DNA of 64,000 bases from Ascoidea asiatica JCM 7603 (Eukaryota > Fungi > Ascomycota), in the NCBI GenBank assembly GCA_001600695.1, contig BCKQ01000002.1:1561340-1625339 (forward strand), in the 5' to 3' direction. The position numbers were made by a program, and so were the translations under genes. Each line of letters begins with the position of its first letter. Position 1 is the first letter of the stretch. Of this stretch, positions 32,901-43,438 are shown piece by piece. The notes below the pieces were generated by a model. The model ran no database searches. It was not told where the DNA came from and saw only the letters and a list, made by a program, of their open reading frames with translations.

Positions 32901-34109
32901 GTCATTGTCAGAATTTGAATCATCAGAATTAGTTAAATCAATAACTTCTGGTTTAGATATAGTTGGTTTTAAAATAGGATTTGAATTTAAATTTAAGGCT
33001 GAATTTGAAGTATCTCTCAAAGGATAATCTGATTTTATTTTTTTAAAATTAGGAAGTAATGAAGAAATAAAAGAACTTGACCTTTTCAACAGAGAATTTG
33101 AAGAACTATTATTGTTATTATTATTATTACTATTATTATCATTATTACTATTAATATCAATATTACTTTTGCTTTTATTATTATTATTATTATTACTGTT
33201 GTTGTTGTTGTTGTTATTATTATTACTATTATTATTGTTAATATCAGTTAATCCTTTAAGTCTGGTATTGAGATTGAAACTATTCCAATTATTATTCATA
33301 TTATTCATATTATTCATATTATTCATATTATTCATATTATTGTTGGTATAATTATTCGTATCATTATTCAAATTAAAATTTGAATTATTATTTGAACTCA
33401 TATTTGAATTCAGATTTGAATTTAAGATTGGAATTGAAGTATTATTAGGATTAATAAAATCATCAAGAGTTAAAATTGTATTTTGATTATTATTTGAATT
33501 AATTTTTGTTTTTTTTAAAGGAACTTCATCAAGAAATACAACTTCATCTAAATCATCATTTTGATTAGCAGAATCTGAATTTGAATCAATATCATCTAGT
33601 ATTACAGAAGGGTTAGAAGGTAGTTTTGGTATTGAATCATAATCAGTATTTTCTAAATTTTCAAAACTTTTAGAACTTTTAGAATTTTTAAAAGATTCAT
33701 TACCCAAAGTTTCATTGATATTTTCAATATTAGAATTAAAATCAAAATTAGAATTATTTTTAAATGAAAAAAGTTTCGGACCATTTGAGATGAACTGGTT
33801 TTTATTATTATTATTATTATTTTCAAAATTTTGATTGATATTAAAGTTAAAGTTTTGATTTTGATTATCACTCTGATTAGAATTCAAATCCTGGGTATAG
33901 TTTTGATCTTGAATTTGACCAAGATTAAGTTTAGTAGGATCATTGTTGCTAACTATGGATTGAATATCAGATATAGGCTGAACATTTTCTTCAATATCAT
34001 CATTTTCACTTTCATTTTCAATGCTATTTTTATTCTCATTATTATTGTCATTTTCACTCTCGCTTAGGTTTTGAAAAGGCACATTAGATTCGGACATCAT
34101 CACAGACAT
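29910..34109 (-). CDS. ULS1: SNF2-family ATPase with RING finger and SUMO-interacting motifs (Uls1/Ris1)
   Basis: GGILADDMGLGKT, ILDEAH, WCLTGTPMQN, LLRLRQAC, RING (CPSC..CGHPMCRDC..CADC), SLKAGNVGLTLTCASH, QAMDRVHRIGQ; SIM-like EVVFLD, EVIDLT, DLIITG. Confidence 0.88.
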   Translation of the reverse strand: MSVMMSESNVPFQNLSESENDNNNENKNSIENESENDDIEENVQPISDIQSIVSNNDPTKLNLGQIQDQNYTQDLNSNQSDNQNQNFNFNINQNFENNNNNNKNQFISNGPKLFSFKNNSNFDFNSNIENINETLGNESFKNSKSSKSFENLENTDYDSIPKLPSNPSVILDDIDSNSDSANQNDDLDEVVFLDEVPLKKTKINSNNNQNTILTLDDFINPNNTSIPILNSNLNSNMSSNNNSNFNLNNDTNNYTNNNMNNMNNMNNMNNMNNNWNSFNLNTRLKGLTDINNNNSNNNNNNNNNSNNNNNNKSKSNIDINSNNDNNSNNNNNNNSSSNSLLKRSSSFISSLLPNFKKIKSDYPLRDTSNSALNLNSNPILKPTISKPEVIDLTNSDDSNSDNDSDEDLIITGWKGETNPSLNNLTSNLLNLNNINFNGNYIQPNPPSYSASQKLKELQKINQRKIYQQNLNSRIFETRQKISQSLTLLNQYLKNWNENKVKFNSFNLKLLTLKNQKISIENNLVQNKNQVNALNSKYLFNPANNSLLLTEINNLNSKVKTISSQLTECKTKIKASENDLASLKTRNAQLLSLIERFQKEKLALSDKFTVLNKELDSLQSMNNNNGLNNTLINNQVLSAPPVTTDYLNNKYNFTRESDIEDDDIQKLIDNIRQDDDDENSLDLGTETPEQLNITLLKHQRLGLSWLTRMEKESSNKGGILADDMGLGKTIQIMALVFNNISTDKACKTNLIVGPVALLKQWEAEFTMKTKNPNKLKLFLYHSSDKLTNFRQMKRYDIILTSYGTLASEFKKHFAKVLSQSKTKKTANLIPTPGTGGEYYRSPFFTRDAIFYRIILDEAHLIKNKLTQSSKSCAVLQSKYRWCLTGTPMQNNIDELYSPIRFLKIKPYCEESVFRSKIVLPLKKTEKGFSYEDDQSSRDAAVHRLQALLKAILLRRTKTSKIDGQPILQLPAKVIVKDSIDMEGEELQFYEDISQSSAKDAEKILNKNAGGYSSILTLLLRLRQACCHEILVEVGDRLTAQRNEQLLLDNDRDIDFRALDESEAFIVRNMARVVKRLAPAVVKQINEMINNEGLTCPSCFNPITPSEALFLFPCGHPMCRDCCDDYFSQNRIEDDSSNSIIAKCADCKVRCKRIDCFNFMAFEKNSSINSSATTQTLREPSPLKNAEETSELFERYSKLNSKPNISIFREVMKEREGQIVESAKMQKCIEIIQQVNKKDPDDKVLVFSQFTLFFDIISKLLKENDIDYLRYDGSMTMTARDDVVRQFYSDDSKKVMLISLKAGNVGLTLTCASHVIIMDPFWNPYVEEQAMDRVHRIGQLKKVFVHQILVKNSVEDRIIKLQEKKKAMVNVALNETGMKNISKLGRDELRYLFGISKRLPN

Positions 34110-34837
34110 ATCCTATTATTGAGTGAAATGAGATTATATATATACAGTAAAACTTATACAATATGGAATATATCAACTAACTAATAGTCCACAATTAGTC
34201 TAGCCAGAGATATATTGATTGAAGATATATTTTACTTTCTTTTGAGTGAATACTGAAATGCTTATTCGATTCGATAGAATAGTTCCAATATATTCAATTG
34301 AACATACCTTTATTTTTGTTTTCTTTTACACTTCTACAAATTGGCGCCAGAAATCACCTCGAAACACGAAAAACGAAGATTTATTTTTTTTCAAAAGCCT
34401 GTGCCACAACGCCACCAAAAACACATCCACAAATATCAAAACGCCTCTTTCAACTCAAAAAAGCAAACAATCGGTGGCTAGTTCCGTTTTTTTAATCCGC
34501 AGTGGTTTCCGTTTATGATTATGTAACTACTTCTAAATATTACGTAATAGTATTATATTTGGATTGTTGATTTGATTTGTTAGGATCTGAGTTCCACTCA
34601 AAGTTTAGATTTGGTTTTGTTTCCTTTATTTTATTTCTTTTGATTGTTTGTTTATTTAATGATCTCTTATTATTAAGAACAATTTAAACATAACTATCAA
34701 ATATATCAGTAAATCAATACATAGATAAATCAATAGATCAAATTGTTTTATTATATTACTTACTTAATCCAATCTATTTTTCAATGAAGGACAATCAATT
34801 TACATAAACATTTTCATTTTAAGTTTATTTATCTCAA

Positions 34838-37800
34838 ATGAATCACTCATCAACTTCAAATATCAATGATAATGAAGAAAAAACAATAATTATAGGTTGT
34901 AGAATAATTAATAGTCATGATATTGATATAAATGTTAATAATGGTAAAAAAGTTGATAATATTCCTATTTATTTTCAAACTAAAAGTAATTTTAAAATTT
35001 CTTCATTAATGAAAGCATTCTCAAAACAAAAAAAAATTGACATTGAAAGCTTGAAATTCTTTTTTAAAAATATTGAATTAGATAAAAATTTAAAAGTTGG
35101 TGGAAATTTCAAAGATCATGATTTAATTGATGTTAAATATGTTAATCCAAATAATATTCAATCAAAATTAAAACTTAAATCTAAATCTCATTTTCAACCT
35201 CAATCTCGTTCTCAATCTCGATCTCAATCTCGATCTCAATCTCGATCTCAATCAGAGTCTCAAACTGATATGAATGATCCTGTAGCTGATACAAGTTTTG
35301 AAATTGAATTTAATAATATTAAAATCCAAAATTTTATTAAAAATAATTTCGTATTTAAAATTATTCAATCAAATATAAATTTAAACAATAATTTTAGATC
35401 AATTTTCAAACATTTTTTAAAATTTTTAGTTCAATCTGTTAATATATCTAATCCAATTGATAGTCATAATCTTATAAAATATATTTTAGATAATACAAAT
35501 TTATTAAAATTTACTTTATTTAATTTTAATTCCAACTCTATATTAAAAGAAATAAACTTAACTTCTTCAAATTCTTTCTCTTCTTTATGTACTAATATAA
35601 TTACCAATAATATAAACTATAATAATAATAATAATGATCATATAAAAAATAAAGTTCTCATTAGGATTTCTTTATCAAAGCCTATAGATGATAATAACCC
35701 TATAATTGATTCAAATGATATAAATAAGACCATTTTAGTTCATTTATTATCTCTTTATAATGATAATTTAAATATAAATAATTTGATTCTTCAAATCAAT
35801 GATTCTATTAATAATACTAAAATTAAAGATCAGATTAATGATAAAATTAATCAAAAATTTACGGATTTAAAATTATCACTTAAAAATAATGTTAGTGATA
35901 ATAATTATAATAATAATAAAAATAATCAAGAAGAAAAATTAAATTCAATATTAAATTTTTATGAATCTAAAAATAAATATTTATTACATGATTTAATTTT
36001 GAAGAAGAATGAATTAATTTTAAAAGATAGTGAATTTGAAAAAAAATTCAAAAATTTAAATGAAAATTTTCTGAAAATTAGCAAAAATTTATCAGTTTCA
36101 AATAATTTAAATGACAAAAATCAAACTTTTCAAAAAAATCTTCAAATTTTAATAAATGATAAACTTTCCACACTTTTAGATTCGCCAAAAGATTCAAATG
36201 AATTTGACAAAAGATTTTCCAAAAATTTAATTATTTCAAATTCAAAATTATTATTTAAAGATGATAATGATCAAGATAATAATATTAATTATAATAAAAA
36301 GCGTATAATAGATTTATTTACTAATTTTTTAGTAATGAATGAATTATATGATGAAAATTATTCTAAATTTTTAAAATTATCTGAAAAGGATAAAAAATTA
36401 AATGAATTTTTAAAACAAAGATATAATGAATTAAAATCAAAAAATATTTCAAATTTACCAATAATAGATAATTTGGATAATTCTGAAATTTTAAAAATTA
36501 TGCTAAAAATTTATATTGAAAAATTAAATATTTTAAATAAAAAATATTTAAGCCAAGAAAAACAATTGAATGATTTAAATGAAATCAGAAAGAAAACTAT
36601 AATTACTGAAAATGAATATAATTATATTATTGAAATGTGTAATACATTAATGGCAATTTATACCAAAAAGTTTAACTTTAATTCTGAAAATCAAAATCTT
36701 AATTTTTTCAATGATAATAATAATAATACTGAAATATTAAAATCATTCAAATTATTTCAAGATGGAATCAACCCAATATTAAAAAATATTGAAAATAAAT
36801 CAATCAATAAAGAAGTTAATAAAGAATTCAAAGAATTAATTAATAGATTAATAAATTTAAATTATAATATCAATGAACTAATCTATAGAGAAATTAATTT
36901 GAAAAATAAAAAAATTGAAGAAATTAATGAGTTAAATAATAAAGATGTATTGAGTAGAAGTAAAATTGAAGAAAATATTAAAGTTAATAATAAATTGAAA
37001 GAAAAATTAAAAGATTATGATGAGCTACTAAATATTAATTTAAAAATAATTAAGCAAAATGAAAACTTGAATGAAAAAATTAATATCTTAGAAGAATTGA
37101 ATAAAAAAAATGAAATGTCAAAAGAAATGGAATTATGGGTTAAAGAAAGTGAAAAAATTGAAAATTGGATTAAAAATGGTAGAAAAATTTTGAAAAGAAA
37201 ATATGATATAACTGAAGATTATAATAATGAAGATAATAATAATACTGATATGATGAAGGAAGATGATTACAAAGAGATTGATAATAAAGAAGAAGTGAAA
37301 AAAATAGAAAGTCACAGCTCATCAGCACCATCAAAAGATATTTTTAAGAAAAGAAAAATAGATGAAAATGATAAAATTAATTTAGTGAATGAGACAATAA
37401 GTAATAAATTAAGTGATAAAATCATTAATAGGATAAGTGATACAGTGAGCGACAAAGAAACTGATATAATCAACTATCAACTTAAAGATAAAGTAAATAA
37501 TGAATCAAGCGGCAAAGATGATCATAAAATAGATAATAAAGTCAGTGACAATAACACCGAAAAATTTATTAGCAAAATGAGTGATAAAGTGATTGATAAA
37601 GAGGGTTATAAAATGAGTGATAAAGAAAGTGAGAAAATAAGTGGTAAAGAGAGTGACACAGTGATTGAGAATGCTAATGAATTAGTTAATGAGAAAGAAA
37701 GTGAAAAAAAGAATGAAATAATTGGTGAGAAAACCAATGAGAATATCGATGAGAAAGTCAAAGAAAAAGAAAGTAATAGTAGTAAAAAGGATCTGAATGT

Positions 37801-38086
37801 TTATGTTAAACTACCGGTTATGTTCAAACCTCGAAATGAAAAGCAATTTCAGCTTAAAGTAAGCACATATAAATTGAAAAGTAAAACTAAAATCATTAAA
37901 TTATTAAAAGTATTTAAAACTAAATTAATTGAAGCTATTCTTGAAAAAGATGGAGAAGTTACATCAAATATTAATATGGATAAAATATATCTTGAGATTA
38001 ATGGAGAAAGAGTAAAAGACTATAATAAGAGAATTAATTCCTTCAATCTAAAGGAGGATACAGTTATTATTGCAAGAGATGAGTGA
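34838..38086 (+). CDS. Unknown 1082-aa coiled-coil protein with N- and C-terminal SUMO/ubiquitin-like domains
   Basis: aa ~42-100 (IYFQTKSNFKISSLMKAFSKQKKIDIESLKFFFKNIEL...DHDLIDV) follows the SUMO pattern. Last ~75 aa (YKLKSKTKIIKLLKVF...IYLEINGERV...NLKEDTVII) is a second Ubl-like pattern. Long N/K/E/L heptad-like middle. Confidence 0.7.
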   Translation: MNHSSTSNINDNEEKTIIIGCRIINSHDIDINVNNGKKVDNIPIYFQTKSNFKISSLMKAFSKQKKIDIESLKFFFKNIELDKNLKVGGNFKDHDLIDVKYVNPNNIQSKLKLKSKSHFQPQSRSQSRSQSRSQSRSQSESQTDMNDPVADTSFEIEFNNIKIQNFIKNNFVFKIIQSNINLNNNFRSIFKHFLKFLVQSVNISNPIDSHNLIKYILDNTNLLKFTLFNFNSNSILKEINLTSSNSFSSLCTNIITNNINYNNNNNDHIKNKVLIRISLSKPIDDNNPIIDSNDINKTILVHLLSLYNDNLNINNLILQINDSINNTKIKDQINDKINQKFTDLKLSLKNNVSDNNYNNNKNNQEEKLNSILNFYESKNKYLLHDLILKKNELILKDSEFEKKFKNLNENFLKISKNLSVSNNLNDKNQTFQKNLQILINDKLSTLLDSPKDSNEFDKRFSKNLIISNSKLLFKDDNDQDNNINYNKKRIIDLFTNFLVMNELYDENYSKFLKLSEKDKKLNEFLKQRYNELKSKNISNLPIIDNLDNSEILKIMLKIYIEKLNILNKKYLSQEKQLNDLNEIRKKTIITENEYNYIIEMCNTLMAIYTKKFNFNSENQNLNFFNDNNNNTEILKSFKLFQDGINPILKNIENKSINKEVNKEFKELINRLINLNYNINELIYREINLKNKKIEEINELNNKDVLSRSKIEENIKVNNKLKEKLKDYDELLNINLKIIKQNENLNEKINILEELNKKNEMSKEMELWVKESEKIENWIKNGRKILKRKYDITEDYNNEDNNNTDMMKEDDYKEIDNKEEVKKIESHSSSAPSKDIFKKRKIDENDKINLVNETISNKLSDKIINRISDTVSDKETDIINYQLKDKVNNESSGKDDHKIDNKVSDNNTEKFISKMSDKVIDKEGYKMSDKESEKISGKESDTVIENANELVNEKESEKKNEIIGEKTNENIDEKVKEKESNSSKKDLNVYVKLPVMFKPRNEKQFQLKVSTYKLKSKTKIIKLLKVFKTKLIEAILEKDGEVTSNINMDKIYLEINGERVKDYNKRINSFNLKEDTVIIARDE

Positions 38087-38209
38087 AAAGCATTTGTATA
38101 TTTTGTACAGTAGATAGGAAGATCAATAAATAGATAAATTGGTTAATTGGTAAACTGGTAAACTGGTAAACTTTTAATATTACAGTAGTTGCAAAAGTGA
38201 AAAAAAAAT

Positions 38210-38620
38210 ATTGGTATTTCCTAATTGGGAACGGCGGCGGAAGCCAGATATTTGGAACTTCTTTGGTTGGCACAGCCATTGTAACTCAGCTTTAGCCAGG
38301 TATTGGCAGTGCTTCATTGTGGCAGAGTCATTGTGGCTGCTTCTTAAACCAAGGAACCATGACTGTGGATCTGCGCTGGGGAAGCCTTGTCTGCGGTTAG
38401 AATATCTCAGGACCGATTTTTGTCGAAGCGCGACAGCGGGAGACCTGCGGGCGTGAGCAAGACCTGCGTGGGCCCCTAGCTACACGCTCGTGCACGGAGT
38501 GTCTGTAAATCCGCACTCTCCTCTTCATTTCCTGTGAGTAATTAGACCATCCTTGCCCCCGGAAGTTCCTATTTTCCTGCTTTTCCACGCTTCAGGCTTT
38601 AACGTTACGAGTGTTTCCAT
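38210..38620. promoter_or_regulatory. GC-rich island upstream of the Rho gene with an Mcm1-type site
   Basis: TTTCCTAATTGGGAA at 38217-38231 fits CC-N6-GG with TT/AA flanks; island about 50% GC by eye. Confidence 0.5.
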
Positions 38621-39000
38621 TCCGATGGTTTTTTCAATATTTGGTACTGTAATTTTAGTTAAGTTTCTTTTAATTGACTTAAATTTACCTTCAAATCTAC
38701 TGTTTTTGATAAATATTTCATTCTATTTAGTATTTACAATACAGTACAGTAGTACAGTATTTATTTACTTGTTTATTTCCTTTACTTTTTTTATCCACTT
38801 TTAATTCTCTTTTTTACTCTAAATTATATCAATATTCAGATCTCTTTTAAAAACTTTTATCTATTTTATATATATTACGTTTATATATAAACATTGTTAT
38901 TTACGTTCTTTCACTTTCGTTATTCAATTTAATATCAATTCAATATTAATTTACAATCTTTTATTTATTATTCATTAGTCATTAATTATCAATTATAAAA

Positions 39001-39657
39001 ATGGAAGTTGAAAAAAAATTAGTTATTGTAGGTGATGGTTTTTGTGGTAAAACTTGTCTTTTAACAACTTTTGTTGAAGATAGATTTCCAGAAGATTATG
39101 TACCAACAGTATTTGAAGAATCTTCTGTTACAATAAATGTTAATCATTCAGGAACTGATTTTGCTGTTAATTTAAGTCTTTGGGATACTGCAGGACAAGA
39201 AGATTTTGATAGATTAAGACCATTAGCTTATCCTGATTCAAATATTATATTATTATGTTTTGCAATTAATTCTCCAGAAACTTTTAGTAATGTAACATCA
39301 CATTGGTTTAGTGAAATTAGACAATATGCTTCTCAAACTCCAATTATATTAGTTGGTTGTAAAAAAGATTTAAGAAATGATCCTCAAACTTTAAATCAAT
39401 TAAGATCAAATGGTTTAAATCCAATTACTTTACAACAAGGTGTAGATTTAGCAAATCAATTATCTGCTTTAAGTTATATTGAATGTTCTGCTTTATCAGG
39501 GGAAGGTGTAAAAGATGTATTTCATACTGCTGCTTTAGCAACTTTAGGTCCTGCTAAAAGTTCAAAACCAGCTCCTGTGAGACCACAACAACAACAACAA
39601 AATACAACTTCAGATAATACTGAAAAAGAAAAAAGCAGTTGTTGTATAATTTTATAA
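39001..39657 (+). CDS. Rho-family GTPase, divergent Rho1-like paralogue
   Basis: [42 protein letters not shown]; C-terminal CCIIL prenylation motif. Confidence 0.9.
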   Translation: MEVEKKLVIVGDGFCGKTCLLTTFVEDRFPEDYVPTVFEESSVTINVNHSGTDFAVNLSLWDTAGQEDFDRLRPLAYPDSNIILLCFAINSPETFSNVTSHWFSEIRQYASQTPIILVGCKKDLRNDPQTLNQLRSNGLNPITLQQGVDLANQLSALSYIECSALSGEGVKDVFHTAALATLGPAKSSKPAPVRPQQQQQNTTSDNTEKEKSSCCIIL

Positions 39658-40099
39658 TTGTTTATTAATATATTAATTATTTTCATTTTCTCTTTCTCTC
39701 TTTATCTCCTTATTTTTACCTAAATCTAAATCTATCCTTTTCTTAATCCTATCCTCAATTAACTCTATTAATCTATCAAGTTTTTAATAATTTTTAATAA
39801 TTTTTATTCTTTTTTTATTCTATTTATCTTTAAGTGTTGTTATTTGATTGTTTATTTAGTTTCCTATTTATTTATTTACTTATTTACTTACTTACTTACT
39901 TACTTATTTTATTGTTTATTCTTCATTGTTTCTCTTATATTAATAAGTTTTAAAAAAAAAAAAAAAACATTCAATATTAATATTAATTATAATAATATAC
40001 TACTACTGATATACGAATGAAATGTAAAAGAAAAGGAAAGTAAAAAAATGTTTATATACTGTATATATATTATATATAGTTATATATGAATAAAAGTAG

Positions 40100-40777
40100 T
40101 TAACATTCACAATTTGATTGATTTTTATTTTTATTTTTTGATAAATCAATACCTAAATTATTTCTTGAATTTCTTAAATTTGAATTTAAATTATTTGAAT
40201 TTGAATTTAAATTATAATCATCTATTGGTAATTTTTTTGCAATACTTTCAAAAATATTTTTAACACCAAAACCCGATTTTGCACTAACTTCAAAAAATAA
40301 TAAATTTTCTTCTCTTGAATAATTAAAAGCATCATTTTTTTGAACATTTCTTAAATTTGGATCATTTTCAACTATATCTAATTTATTACCAGTTAAAGCA
40401 ATTATAATATCATTATTACCATATTTTTTTAATTCTTTAATCCATTGTTTTGCTTTTTCTAAAGAAGAATTTTGAGTTATATCATAAACAATTATTGCAC
40501 AATTTGCATTTCTATAATACATTGGAGCTAAACTTTTATAACGTTCTTGACCTGCAGTATCCCAAATTTCAAATTTTATTGTAATATTATTTGGTAAAAG
40601 TACAGTTTGTGTTAAAAATGCAGCACCAATTGTTGATTCTCTAAATTCATCAAATTGATCTTTAACAAATCTATGAACTATAGAAGATTTACCAACTGCA
40701 CTTTCACCAAGTAAAACTAATTTAAATTGTGCAAAACGTGGTGAATCTGAAGCTGTTGATGATCTTGGAGTTGACAT
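40100..40777 (-). CDS. YPT52: Rab5-family GTPase Ypt52
   Basis: [58 protein letters not shown]; CXC end. Confidence 0.88.
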   Translation of the reverse strand: MSTPRSSTASDSPRFAQFKLVLLGESAVGKSSIVHRFVKDQFDEFRESTIGAAFLTQTVLLPNNITIKFEIWDTAGQERYKSLAPMYYRNANCAIIVYDITQNSSLEKAKQWIKELKKYGNNDIIIALTGNKLDIVENDPNLRNVQKNDAFNYSREENLLFFEVSAKSGFGVKNIFESIAKKLPIDDYNLNSNSNNLNSNLRNSRNNLGIDLSKNKNKNQSNCEC

Positions 40778-41239
40778 CTTTTTATTATTTTATTTTATTT
40801 TATTATTTTATTATATATTGATATTTGAGTAAGGATATAAATAGAACACAAGTGAGATATAAAGATTAGATATTAGATATTAGATATTAGATAATGAAAT
40901 GATAAATGATAAATTTAAATATAAAGAGTATTAACTAATAGCCTGCTATTTATTATAATACTTGAAAAGGTTTTATATTTTTTGTATATATTTATATTAT
41001 TGTATATATTTATTGATAATATATGATTATGTTCAAATATAGAGAATATATATTTCTTGATAAGAATCTTAATATCTGAGTATAAAATTATAAAATTAGA
41101 GTATTTATTCAACCATTATCAATAATCAATAATCAATAATCAATAACCATTATCATAGTCATTACTACTGTACTATTACTACTGTACTATCATTATTATC
41201 AATATCCTCAAATTCTGAATATATTCTTCAGCTCAGTAT

Positions 41240-41550
41240 CAGATTCAGACACTGCACAGAAGATGCTTTAGCCACTGGTCACTCGCCGCACGGAAGACCC
41301 AATCCAGCACCACCGCCACAAAGCAGTAGCAATTTCTTTTCGGGTCACCTCTGAAAAAGAGTAAAGACCATTTAAGGGGTCGTTCGTTAATTGCAAAGGT
41401 GTTCGTTAAGAAGTTTGTTATCTCTCTGGCTGCATATTTAAACGACTGGAAAAAGACCCCTGTGGCGCAGCAGAATCGAAAAAAGAGACCACTCTACCGG
41501 GGCTTCTTTTGAGCAATTCATCAACCCACTGCAATATTGCTACGCAGCAC
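41240..41550. promoter_or_regulatory. GC-rich island upstream of YPT52
   Basis: Moderately GC-rich block; approximate limits. Confidence 0.4.
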
Positions 41551-41646
41551 TCTTCATACAAAAATACAAAAATACAAAAATACAAAATATTCAATTATCA
41601 TTCAATTATCATCATTACAAGTTATTGTTGTTTTCATTATTTTTCA

Positions 41647-41919
41647 TTATTTTTCATTCTTGTTTCTATTTTTCGGAGTCTTTCTTAAAATTGGTAGATT
41701 GGGATTTATTCTTCTTTTCAAATACATATCTCTCTTCTTCTTCTTCAATTCTTCACTATTTTTATTCTCTTCATCCTTTGAAAGTTCTTGAGGGTTCTTC
41801 TTTTCAGTAGTAGTACTAGCAGCAGTCTCTTTATCTTTAGCTGGGATATTTAGCTTCACAGCAACTCCATTTCCAGCATTGTCATTTACGAAATCATCAA
41901 ATTCATCATCTGAATCCAT
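41647..41919 (-). CDS. Small hydrophilic orphan ORF (90 aa) or gene fragment
   Basis: ATG at 41919; MDSDDEFDDF acidic start and basic KKKKR/KRR tail; protein-like composition, no recognised family. Confidence 0.35.
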   Translation of the reverse strand: MDSDDEFDDFVNDNAGNGVAVKLNIPAKDKETAASTTTEKKNPQELSKDEENKNSEELKKKKRDMYLKRRINPNLPILRKTPKNRNKNEK

Positions 41920-42265
41920 GGTGAGCAATCATTATATCATACCATTGAATAATATCTTTGTTCCAGTTGTTTCTGATTCTTTCCTTTGATTATTTTCTTT
42001 TGTTGCTGCTTCTGCTTTTTGACCCACCCTCGGAACTCTAAAAATATGTCTATCACGTGTCTTGCAATTAATTTTCATTTGCTGTCACTAATCTTCATTT
42101 AATAATACTGAATAATACTGCTAAAGGGTTTTTATTTATTTATTATATTTATTATTCAATATTCAATATTTAAAATACTTTTAATACTTTTAATACTTTT
42201 AATACCTTCAAGACTTTTAACACTTTTCACTATAACAAGTAACAACTTTTCAAAAAAATAAAAAA

Positions 42266-43438
42266 ATGACTGACGAAATTAATATCATAGATAATGATAC
42301 TTCTATTGAAGAAAAAATATCTTCAAATATTAAATCAACAAATCCAAAATTAGAAAGAACAATTTTAAGATTTCAACAAAAAATTAAATCAAAAAATTAT
42401 TATGAAGCTCATCAAACAATAAGATCAATAATTTCAAGATTTTTAAAATTAAATCAATTTCAAAATTCAATAGATTTATTATATACTGGAATTTTAATCT
42501 TATTTCAACATCAACAATATTCTTCTTCAATTGATTTAATTATATTTTTATTTGAAATTTTAAATAAAAATAATATCAATTTATCCACTACTACTACTAC
42601 TACTACTTCTAATAATAGTAATAATAATATTCATATTCATATTGATAATTTAAAAGATAAAATTTTAACAATTTTAAATTATTTACCTGAAAATGATACT
42701 TCTTTTATAAAAATTATAAATTTAATTATAAATTATTCAATTAATCATTCATTTTATCATTTTGGTGATCCTGATTTTCATGATTTAATTGCAAATAAAT
42801 TATTATTATTATCAAATTCAAAAATTATCATTAATAATAATTTAAATTCATCAGTTTCATCAAATGATTTAAATGATTCAAAAGAATTAATAAATTTATT
42901 AAATTTAACTGAAAATCATTTAATTTTTGGTACTTTTAAATCTTTTAAAATTTATCAATCTTTAATTCTTGATTGGATTAATGATGATAATTATAATTTA
43001 AAAAATTTTCAAAATTTCTTAATAAAACCAATTTTTTCTTATCTTTTTATTCAAAATTTTAAATTTTTAAATATTTTTTTAAATAATTTAATTGAAAATT
43101 TAATAAATTTTTATAAATCTTTAAAATCTTCAAAATTTTCATTAAATTATAAAATTTTAAATATTAATGAATTTTTTAAAATTTATTATTTTAAAGATTT
43201 ACAAATTTTAAATTTCTTACAATTATTAATTTTATCAATTCAATCAAATAATAAAGATTTATTCTTAAATTTAAAAAATTATTATTCAAATATTTTAAAT
43301 AATTTTGATCAAAATTTATTATCTTTAATTGATTCTTTAGGTTCTTTATATTTTAATATAAAAATTCAAAAACCTGTAAATTTTATGGCTGAGATGATGA
43401 ATGGGTTTTTTTCCGGTGGTGCAATTAATTCATCCTAA
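42266..43438 (+). CDS. GET4: GET pathway factor Get4
   Basis: KLERTILRFQQKI..NYYEAHQTIRSI, FGDPDFH, LNFLQLL, C-terminal NFMAEMMNGFF. Confidence 0.9.
   Translation: MTDEINIIDNDTSIEEKISSNIKSTNPKLERTILRFQQKIKSKNYYEAHQTIRSIISRFLKLNQFQNSIDLLYTGILILFQHQQYSSSIDLIIFLFEILNKNNINLSTTTTTTTSNNSNNNIHIHIDNLKDKILTILNYLPENDTSFIKIINLIINYSINHSFYHFGDPDFHDLIANKLLLLSNSKIIINNNLNSSVSSNDLNDSKELINLLNLTENHLIFGTFKSFKIYQSLILDWINDDNYNLKNFQNFLIKPIFSYLFIQNFKFLNIFLNNLIENLINFYKSLKSSKFSLNYKILNINEFFKIYYFKDLQILNFLQLLILSIQSNNKDLFLNLKNYYSNILNNFDQNLLSLIDSLGSLYFNIKIQKPVNFMAEMMNGFFSGGAINSS

Noticed and set aside
33112-33351. Poly-Leu/Ile antisense ORFs (also 28264-28572, 48195-48470, 52250-52465, 57161-57355)
   Set aside because: Reverse-strand shadows of (AAT)n Asn tracts in real genes.
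41451-41510. AAAGACCCC...GGGGCTT resembling RNase MRP P4 strands
   Set aside because: Only ~40 nt apart, far too close for MRP/P RNA; at most a local hairpin.
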